Shown: in pieces, positions 1-8,280 of the stretch
How the letters are laid out: each line of letters opens with the position of its first letter
Position numbering within the stretch: the first letter of the stretch is position 1
DNA from: Eledone cirrhosa
Lineage: Eukaryota
Direction of reading: 5' to 3'
NCBI GenBank assembly: GCA_964016885.1
Contig: OZ024741.1
Coordinates: forward strand, 408,332,001-408,396,000
DNA: 64,000 nucleotides
Made by a program: the position numbers and the translations under genes
The notes under the pieces: model-generated
Database searches by the model: none
Told to the model about the DNA's origin: nothing
The model's input: only the letters and a program-made list of their open reading frames with translations

Positions 1-62
1 TATATATATATAATATATATAATATATAATATATATATATAATATATATATATATATATAAT

Positions 63-139
<77 letters not shown>

Positions 140-190
140 TATATAATATATATATATAATATATATATAATATATATATAATATATATAT

Positions 191-225
<35 letters not shown>

Positions 226-402
226 ATATATATATATAATATATATAATATATATATATAATATATATAATATATATATATAATATATATAATATATATA
301 TATAATATATATAATATATATATATAATATATATATAATATATATATATAATATATATAATATATATAATATATATATAATATATATATATAATATATAT
401 AT

Positions 403-450
<48 letters not shown>

Positions 451-627
451 TATATAATATATATATATAATATATATAATATATATATATAATATATATA
501 ATATATATATATAATATATATAATATATATATATAATATATATAATATATATATATAATATATATATAATATATATATATAATATATATAATATATATAA
601 TATATATATAATATATATATATAATAT

Positions 628-675
<48 letters not shown>
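1..675. repeat. (TA)n microsatellite, imperfect
   Basis: Almost pure TA dinucleotide run with occasional TAA interruptions. Confidence 0.98.
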
Positions 676-677
<2 letters not shown>

Positions 678-881
678 CACACACACACACATATATACAC
701 ACACACATACACACGCGTACATCAACATACAAAGAGACTTATATATACACACACACACACACACACGCACTTCTCCGTATAAGACAAAAGCTGAAAAATA
801 TCTTTTGACATGCTAAAATACCCCCCCATTGCTTTCAGACACATTCTTACTGACCATCCCTGTCACCACGAATTACTCTGC

Positions 882-938
<57 letters not shown>

Positions 939-1008
939 ATCTTAATAGCAAATTTGACACACATCGCTGCTAACCATTATCACAACATCGAACGCCTTAC
1001 TACTACTA

Positions 1009-1066
<58 letters not shown>

Positions 1067-1091
1067 TTGTTGTGAAAGAGTCATTTCTCAA

Positions 1092-1309
1092 TCTTGGCGC
1101 AAAACCAATTTTTTATTCACATGACCTCTACCGACCAATCAAAATTGTTTTGACCACAAGAATTTTTGCTGGAGTCACTTTTTTAACATAAAAACAGTCT
1201 TGGCGCAAAATCAATTTTTTACATTCACATGACCTCTACCGACCAATCAAAATTGTTTTGACCACAAGAATTTTTGCAAATTGGAGCCACTTTTTTAACA
1301 TAAAAACAG
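1092..1309 (+). repeat. Internal ~106-112 bp tandem duplication in the pseudo-LTR (also at ~5997-6214)
   Basis: tcttggcgcaaaa...ttttttaacataaaaacag occurs twice in tandem in each pLTR copy. Confidence 0.9.
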
Positions 1310-1370
1310 GTAGAATTCCCAAAACTAATCAGATCAGAGCAAACAGCACGGACACTCTATCTCAAAATTA

Positions 1371-1408
1371 TTTTTGAAAAGCATTTAAAAATGTGCAACC
1401 GGTAAAAA
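1371..1408 (+). ncRNA. Variant minimal type I hammerhead ribozyme-like motif (5' pLTR)
   Basis: ttt-TTGAAAA-gcattt/aaatgt-GCAA-ccggt-A-aaa: short stem I, U3/A8 core, stem II, palindromic ACCGGT stem III; GCAA replaces GAAA. Confidence 0.55.
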
Positions 1409-1596
1409 CTTAAAAACTTAAAACCACAACTGAATACTAACCCATACAATCACTAATACTCTTTTATTCCTAATTAAACCATTTTTCAACTGTGAACAAT
1501 TTGTCAGCATTTTCTATTCCGTTTACCAATATATAATAACTTGTGTGTTACACCTCTATTCTTTTAACTATCATATCCTCACACGAGATACAGAAA

Positions 1597-2907
1597 ATGC
1601 CAACATTAACGGATACAACCCTCATCAACTCAAATGAAGAGATCCTAGAGGAACTCAAGAAAATCAACACCAACCTATCTTTGCTGGTCGACAAACTTGA
1701 CTCCACAAATAAGGAAACCGCCACCGGATACAAACCCTCCGAAATCGGCGACAAACTCCAAAACCTTTGCGATACTATCCAAACTATGTTCACTACTACC
1801 AACCCAGGAAAAACCAACGAAGAACCATGTGAGATTGATTCACACCAAATGAAAATTCGAACAATTCCAAAATGGAAAATATCCCTCAGAGACAGAAAGT
1901 TCTCATTCTGGAAGATGATACAAAACCACAACAAAGCAGAGATATATGAAAAATGGCTTAACTCAACCCCTCTAACTCTCCCCCGTAAACTACAAATAAA
2001 GTCCATTCCAAATGAACCCGAACCTCAAAGACACCTTAGGGAAAGAATGGCATTGGAAAAAATGAAGACAGAAATTGAACTTCTTAAACTGAGGGCCCAG
2101 AAAAATGAGGAAAAAATCAAAACCATCGATGAAGAGATCCTCCTGGAAATCAACAACAAAACTGAAGGCCCCAAGGTAGAGAAGATCTCCAAATTATGGA
2201 AAGGGGACTGCAACAGAGAAGAACTGAAATCCCTTCAACGCTGGGAAAAAAGTGCCGCTTGGTTCCTACACTATGAATCGACTTTTCAAACGGATTACAC
2301 CTCCAATAACCCGTTCATAAAAATAGGAAAACCCATAACTGAACCGCACAACAACTTCTCAAACCCCCAAGCCTCTAACAAACGAAGAAGGAAGCACCAC
2401 ACCGAAGATGAACTTCCCAACCTCGCTACCATAAGAAGGAACAAAAACCCAAGAAATCATCTCCCCCAGAATGACATTTACAACTTTCCTCCTTCAAGGA
2501 GACACCATACCAAATCACTCAACTACTACGCGGATGCCTCATCGTCAAACATAGGGAAAAGATACCACCGCCATGATAGATGTAACAACTTCCCCGCTTC
2601 AAGAGGACAGCAAGGTAATTACCATTTTCTCAACTCTCGCTTCCACAATACACAACAAACCCACACCACACGATACAACCAACAACGTAGGCCACTTATA
2701 ACACCACAATACAACATGGCACATAGAAACACACACCCATACTCGCAGTACAGGAACACCCCATTCAATCTACAACCACCAACCCGAACCACATTTTACA
2801 ACAACAAGGAATATAACAAACACAGGAGACCACTTAACATCAGCAGACAACCCCTCTACCCCAACCATTTTTTAGACACAGCACACAGATACAGGCAAAC
2901 AAAATAA
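1597..2907 (+). CDS. PLE-1 ORF1: predicted coiled-coil protein with a basic, N/Q/Y/R/H-rich C-terminal tail (436 aa from the first ATG)
   Basis: Uninterrupted ORF (track 1543..2907 starts at GTG; first ATG at 1597, context AAAATGC); heptad-like segments EEILEELKKINTNLSLLVDKL and RMALEKMKTEIELLKLRAQKNEEKIKTIDEEI; lies between pLTR and RT ORF. Confidence 0.75.
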   Translation: MPTLTDTTLINSNEEILEELKKINTNLSLLVDKLDSTNKETATGYKPSEIGDKLQNLCDTIQTMFTTTNPGKTNEEPCEIDSHQMKIRTIPKWKISLRDRKFSFWKMIQNHNKAEIYEKWLNSTPLTLPRKLQIKSIPNEPEPQRHLRERMALEKMKTEIELLKLRAQKNEEKIKTIDEEILLEINNKTEGPKVEKISKLWKGDCNREELKSLQRWEKSAAWFLHYESTFQTDYTSNNPFIKIGKPITEPHNNFSNPQASNKRRRKHHTEDELPNLATIRRNKNPRNHLPQNDIYNFPPSRRHHTKSLNYYADASSSNIGKRYHRHDRCNNFPASRGQQGNYHFLNSRFHNTQQTHTTRYNQQRRPLITPQYNMAHRNTHPYSQYRNTPFNLQPPTRTTFYNNKEYNKHRRPLNISRQPLYPNHFLDTAHRYRQTK

Positions 2908-5156
2908 CACAAGACAGGGAGGAGAAACCGATAGTAATAAAAATTATCAATCTTACTAGTGCAGAACCAACACCCAACCTTATCAACTTACTCTCCAAAG
3001 GTCTTAAATTCACACCGACCCCACTACGTCCTAACTACTATGAAATGAAGGAAGACATCACAGACTTCTGTAGAAAGTTACGACTTAGTGAACAACTATT
3101 CGACCAGTACAATGAGGATGAATCATTAGCCAGAAATAGAAGCAATTACACCCCTTCAAAAGGTAGAAATAAAATCCTGGACGAATTCTGTGAACACATC
3201 ACAAACTTCCCTTACCAACACTTGCACAGACAAAAACACAAGCCAAACCTCAACAAGAAAGAATGGGAAGAATTAAATAGATTAAAAACCGACAGAACCA
3301 TTACAATTAAAGAGGCTGATAAAGGGAGTACAGTAGTCCTAATGGAGACAGAATTCTATATCAACTTAGCGCTCTCCACTTTGGAAAACGAAACATACTA
3401 CGAAAAGGCTGAACACTACAATCAACAGAAAATTATGAGAAACCTAAAAACTCTAATCAACCAATACAAAGAAGGACTCACTAACAGGGAATTCAGCTTC
3501 ATCACAGACTTCACAAGTAAATCCAGCCTTTTCTACGGTATCCCTAAAGTACATAAAAGCGAATCAATAAGTAAGGCATGCAAGGAAGCCACAGACATAG
3601 TCATCAATGTCCCCTCACCCAATGATCTCAAATTAAGACCTATAATAGCAGGCCCCGCTTGCGAAACGCACCGTCTTAGCAACTTCATTGATACCCTTCT
3701 CAAACCCTTCCTCAAGCACATCAAAAGCTATATAAGGGACGACCTAGATATGCTCAATCACCTCCCTAATATGCCACATTCTGAACAAACCCTACTAGTG
3801 ACGTTCGATGTAGTCAACCTATTCTCCAACATCCTCCACAACCTAGGAATAGAAGCTATCCAATTCTGGCTGGATAATTTCCACAATGAACTCCCACAAC
3901 GCATCAAAAAAGAATTCGTGATAGAGGGACTCAAATTTATCTTGGAGAACAATTACTTCGTTTTCAATAACAAACCCTACAGGCAGAAATCTGGGACCGC
4001 TATGGGAACGAAAACAGCCCCCACTTATGCCAACCTAGTCATGGGATACCTGGAAATCACCCTCTACACTAAAGTCCTAAACGAATTTGGAAACACCCTC
4101 CACTTACACATTGAAAGGAACTGGAAGCGATATCCAGATGACTGCTTCATCCTTTGGCACGAAAACATCGAAAAACTTAAAGAATTTCACCCCCTTATAA
4201 ATGGGCTCAACACAAATATTAACTTCACGATGGAATACAGCCATCAACAACTCCCCTTCCTCGACATCCTCATTAAGATCCATAACAAAAAAATAGAAAC
4301 AGACATATACTACAAGCCCACAGACTCCAAGCAATATCTCCCCTTCAACTCTTGCCACCCTAGACACGTTAAAATTAATATTCCCTACAACTTAGCCAAG
4401 AGAATCTGTACTATAGTCTCCAATAAAAACATCTGCTACTTACGGCTACAAGAATTAAAGGACACACTCATAGGCAGGGACTACCCTGCATCACTAATTG
4501 ACAATGGAATCCAACGTGCCCTAAATCAACCAAAACTAAAAGCTCTTCCATACATCTCCACACACAACCCCCTCAACAATGAGGCCTTTGACACCATCCT
4601 CCAGAACATCCCTGTATTGAAAAAGGACCATAGAATGAACCAAATTCTACGAACACACGATATCATAAAGAGCAAAAGACAATCCAAGTCAATGAAAAAC
4701 ATCTTAACACATGCCAAAGTACTGCCAACCACAACAACGAAACCCACAGTAAAAAAATGTAATAGACACAACTGTGGCATTTGCATCAACCTAATAGAGG
4801 GTTCGGAATTCTATTTCAAAGATGGACAACGTTTTATAGTAAAACACAATTTCACATGTGCATCGGAAAATCTAATATATGTATTAACTTCTTCAGGTTG
4901 TCGAGAACAATACATAGGCCAGACCAAAAACAGCCTCCGCCAACGCATGACTGTCCATAGATCCCAAATCAAAATACGGGAATACAGGAAAATACCACTG
5001 AGTGAACACATTGATACCTGTGCCGCCCAAAATCATCCCAACTTCAGAATCTTTCCCCTCTACAAATTTAAAGATAATGCCACCCACACCCAGCGCACCA
5101 GCAAGGAATCTTACTTCATTAACAAATACGGACCCCGTCTAAACACTTCTCCCTAA
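2838..5156 (+). CDS. PLE-1 ORF2: reverse transcriptase, Cys-rich linker and GIY-YIG endonuclease
   Basis: Frame opens after TAA 2835-2837; first ATG only at 3045. Motifs: IINLTS...LLSKGLKFTPTP, IKEADKGS, LRPIIAG, TFDVVNLFSNI, GTAMGTKTAPTYANL, RYPDDCF, LPFLDI, YYKPTD..YLPFNSCHP, CNRHNCGIC, NLIY...YIGQT...R...H...E...LN. Confidence 0.93.
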   Translation, partial: HQQTTPLPQPFFRHSTQIQANKITQDREEKPIVIKIINLTSAEPTPNLINLLSKGLKFTPTPLRPNYYEMKEDITDFCRKLRLSEQLFDQYNEDESLARNRSNYTPSKGRNKILDEFCEHITNFPYQHLHRQKHKPNLNKKEWEELNRLKTDRTITIKEADKGSTVVLMETEFYINLALSTLENETYYEKAEHYNQQKIMRNLKTLINQYKEGLTNREFSFITDFTSKSSLFYGIPKVHKSESISKACKEATDIVINVPSPNDLKLRPIIAGPACETHRLSNFIDTLLKPFLKHIKSYIRDDLDMLNHLPNMPHSEQTLLVTFDVVNLFSNILHNLGIEAIQFWLDNFHNELPQRIKKEFVIEGLKFILENNYFVFNNKPYRQKSGTAMGTKTAPTYANLVMGYLEITLYTKVLNEFGNTLHLHIERNWKRYPDDCFILWHENIEKLKEFHPLINGLNTNINFTMEYSHQQLPFLDILIKIHNKKIETDIYYKPTDSKQYLPFNSCHPRHVKINIPYNLAKRICTIVSNKNICYLRLQELKDTLIGRDYPASLIDNGIQRALNQPKLKALPYISTHNPLNNEAFDTILQNIPVLKKDHRMNQILRTHDIIKSKRQSKSMKNILTHAKVLPTTTTKPTVKKCNRHNCGICINLIEGSEFYFKDGQRFIVKHNFTCASENLIYVLTSSGCREQYIGQTKNSLRQRMTVHRSQIKIREYRKIPLSEHIDTCAAQNHPNFRIFPLYKFKDNATHTQRTSKESYFINKYGPRLNTSP
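2868..2874 (+). promoter_or_regulatory. Candidate -1 ribosomal frameshift slippery heptamer T TTT TTA
   Basis: ORF1 codons cat-ttt-tta give X XXY YYZ in the correct phase, inside the ORF1/ORF2 overlap; ORF2 is in the -1 frame. Confidence 0.6.
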
Positions 5157-5298
5157 ATCGAACCCACAACATACACACGTCAACATACATACCTACATCA
5201 GCACACATCTCTACCCACATATAAACACAATGACATACGTAAACACACATGTTCTATGGTGCAACACAAAAAAATATATGTGCATATATATGTATGTA

Positions 5299-5386
<88 letters not shown>

Positions 5387-5535
5387 ATATATGTATGTGT
5401 GTATATATATATAGTGAATATCATTTCACACCTTTTTTTGTTAAGATTTTTGATGTTCTATTAGGAGAACCGATTTTACTGAAAAAATCGAATAATGTAC
5501 ACCATTTTACCAGGGGGAAAAAATACTGGTCCACC

Positions 5536-5569
<34 letters not shown>

Positions 5570-5748
5570 CACACACACATACACACGCGTACATCAACAT
5601 ACAAAGAGACTTATATATACACACACACACACACGCACTTCTCCGTATAAGACAAAAGCTGAAAAATATCTTTTGACATGCTAAAATACCCCCCATTGCT
5701 TTCAGACACATTCTTACTGACCATCCCTGCTACCACGAATTACTCTGC

Positions 5749-5795
<47 letters not shown>

Positions 5796-5876
5796 ACACA
5801 CACAATTATCTTAATAGCCATTTGACACACATCGCTGCTAACCATTATCACAACACCGAACACCTTACTACTACTA

Positions 5877-5957
<81 letters not shown>

Positions 5958-6430
5958 ACACACACACACACTTGTTGTGAAAGAGTCATTTCTCAATCTT
6001 GGCGCAAAACCAATTTTTTATTCACATGACCTCTGCCGACCAATCAAAATTATTTTGACCACAAGAATTTTTGCTGGAGCCACTTTTTTAACATAAAAAC
6101 AGTCTTGGCGCAAAATCAATTTTTTACATTCACATGACCTCTACCGACCAATCAAAATTGTTTTGACCACAAGAATTTTTGCAAATTGGAGCCACTTTTT
6201 TAACATAAAAACAGGCAGAATTCCCAAAACTAATCAGATCAGAGCAAACAGCACGGACACTCTATCTCAAAATTATTTTTGAAAAGCAATTAGAAATGCG
6301 CAACCGGTAAAAAGTTAAAAACTTAAAACCACAACTGAATACTAACCCATACAAACACTAATACTCTTTTATTCCTAATTAAACCATTTTTCAACTGTGA
6401 ACAATTTGTCAGCATTTTCTATTCCGTTTA

Positions 6431-6440
<10 letters not shown>
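5536..6440 (+). repeat. 3' pseudo-LTR of PLE-1
   Basis: Direct repeat of 676-1535; runs into (TA)n. Confidence 0.93.
6276..6314 (+). ncRNA. Variant minimal hammerhead ribozyme-like motif (3' pLTR)
   Basis: ttt-TTGAAAA-gca attagaaa tgc-GCAA-ccggt-A-aaa; same layout as 1371-1408. Confidence 0.55.
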
Positions 6441-6462
<22 letters not shown>

Positions 6463-6468
<6 letters not shown>

Positions 6469-6778
6469 GGAAAAAGATGAAATCGAAAATGCAACTGTAG
6501 TCTTTTTAAGAATATTTATTTGGTTCCTTTACCGGTTTCGCAGTTCTTTTGCTTTAAAAAGTAGAATTGAAGTGGAGGGTTTTGTGGCTGAGAAAATCCA
6601 CAAACTCTCCATCTCAATTCTACTTCTGAAAAGCACAAGAACTGCGAAACCGGTAAAGGAACCAAATAAATATTCTTAAAAGACTCCAGTTGCATTTTCG
6701 ATTTTAGCTTTTTTCCTTATACTTTCACTCCTTTAGGACGTCTCGTTTTTTTTTATTTTGTAAAAAAAACCCTAATTT

Positions 6779-6783
<5 letters not shown>
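6463..6783. mobile_element. Foldback fragment (inverted arms ~6463-6586 and ~6597-6721 plus ~60 nt tail), probable truncated PLE/retrozyme end
   Basis: Imperfect ~125 bp inverted repeat containing a hammerhead-like motif; TA runs on both sides. Confidence 0.7.
6623..6658 (+). ncRNA. Degenerate minimal hammerhead ribozyme
   Basis: ctt-CTGAAAA-gca caagaac tgc-GAAA-ccggt-A-aag; G8 replaced by A; more decayed copy on the minus strand in the left arm. Confidence 0.6.
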
Positions 6784-6816
<33 letters not shown>

Positions 6817-6820
<4 letters not shown>

Positions 6821-7794
6821 TAAAATTACAGATTAAAGTTTAAGCAAAGAATCGCTGCGTTCACCCTTAACGGGATCTTCTGAAACTAACAAAGTCAATC
6901 TGTGAACGCAGAAGTGAATATTTCAAAAACGTTGCAACCGGAGGAAGACAGGAAGACGATACTTTGGTTCGTGGAAACGTTCCCTGGCAAAGAACGGGAA
7001 AAAACGAATATAATACGTCATTAATAGGAGCGGTGAAAAACAATTACACGCAAAGATAGAACCACGTTTATGGTATAAAAGAAGTCGTAGACTAATGTTC
7101 ACTTAGGTGGTTCATAGAGACGTTCTCTGGCAATGAACGGAAAAAAACGAAGATAATACGTCACATGTGGAGCGTGTGAGAACAATTGCACGCAAAGACA
7201 AAACCACGTAAATGGTATAGTTGAAGTCGTAGACTAAAATTCTAACTAGGAAACCGAATGATTCTCCGCTTCAGAGTTAACGTATCAACGAAGCTTTTGG
7301 TTGCAGCCAAGCTAACGAATGCAGTATCGGTGTGCAGCTAATCACTCAATGGAGAATATTACCCCAGAGTTATAACATTACGTTTTAGACAGCTTTGCAA
7401 ATCAAATACAGCGACCGATAGACGGGCCTCAGTGACCATAGCGACGAAAAAGACTGAACTCAGGAAACATTTTTGACAGACCTGCACCATCGCGTTAATA
7501 TTATAGACAACACATTATATATACCATATAATATACATCACATATAATATATAACATCTCCGCTAGGTTTCTGTAAATCCGAAATCGACAAAATCCACTG
7601 GCAGGGGTCTGCAAGTTAATGTTTTTTCACGACAGAACAAAGGAGTTTACTTCGTCAACAAGTTTTTCGTTCTGTACCTCACGGGTGTGCGTTCTAGCAG
7701 TAAGCACCGCTATAAGACACATGGTTTTCCCAAAGAGAGGTAACCCCCGGTTTTGGCGGTCAATTCGAAATTTGGAACAAAGTAATAAAATTCA

Positions 7795-7797
<3 letters not shown>
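6817..7797. repeat. Unclassified interspersed repeat between TA runs, with an internal ~143 bp-period diverged duplication
   Basis: ~6967-7095 resembles ~7110-7237; segment 7287-7402 has a diverged inverted copy at 30127-30229. Confidence 0.6.
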
Positions 7798-7872
<75 letters not shown>

Positions 7873-8061
7873 ATATAATATATATATATATATAATATAT
7901 AATATATATATATATAATATATATATATATATATAATATAATATATATATATATATATATATAATATATATATATTATATAATATATATATATATATATA
8001 ATATATATATATATATAATATATATATATATATAATATATATATATATATATAATATATAT

Positions 8062-8095
<34 letters not shown>

Positions 8096-8169
8096 ATATA
8101 TATATATATAATATATATATATATATATAATATATATATATATAATATATATATATATATATAATATAT

Positions 8170-8201
<32 letters not shown>

Positions 8202-8280
8202 ATATATATATATATAATATATATATATATATAATATATATATATATATAATATATATATATAATGTATATATATATATA
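7798..8280. repeat. (TA)n microsatellite
   Basis: Direct inspection. Confidence 0.97.

Larger units (their letters stand above)
676..1535 (+). repeat. 5' pseudo-LTR of PLE-1
   Basis: Near-identical to ~5536-6440 apart from (CA)n lengths and a few substitutions; both end in ...ttccgtttaccaatatata. Confidence 0.93.
676..6440 (+). mobile_element. Penelope-like retroelement PLE-1 (EN+, Neptune-like), two ORFs, direct pseudo-LTRs, inserted in (TA)n
   Basis: RT and C-terminal GIY-YIG ORF; ~860-900 bp direct terminal repeats whose distal parts are 4905 bp apart; hammerhead-like motif in each repeat; TA runs on both flanks. Neptune-like call rests on the CxxxxCxxC linker. Confidence 0.92.

Noticed and set aside
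5413-5432. agtgaatatcatt(t)cacac shared with ~29225-29243
   Set aside because: Only ~19 bp, AT-rich, with no flanking similarity; cannot be distinguished from chance.
810-5989. HT/VC-repeat ORFs (810..1124, 5230..5676, 5421..5711, 5678..5980, 5714..5989)
   Set aside because: Translations of (CA)n and (TA)n tracts in the pLTR/UTR; frames differ between the two pLTR copies.
676-6440. LTR retrotransposon interpretation of the direct repeats
   Set aside because: No TG...CA ends, PBS, protease, RNase H or integrase; the RT and GIY-YIG are PLE-type.
6848-6885. Possible minus-strand hammerhead (CAGAAGA-tccc/gggt-GAAC-gcagcg)
   Set aside because: Several core mismatches, no NUH triplet and no clear stem I.
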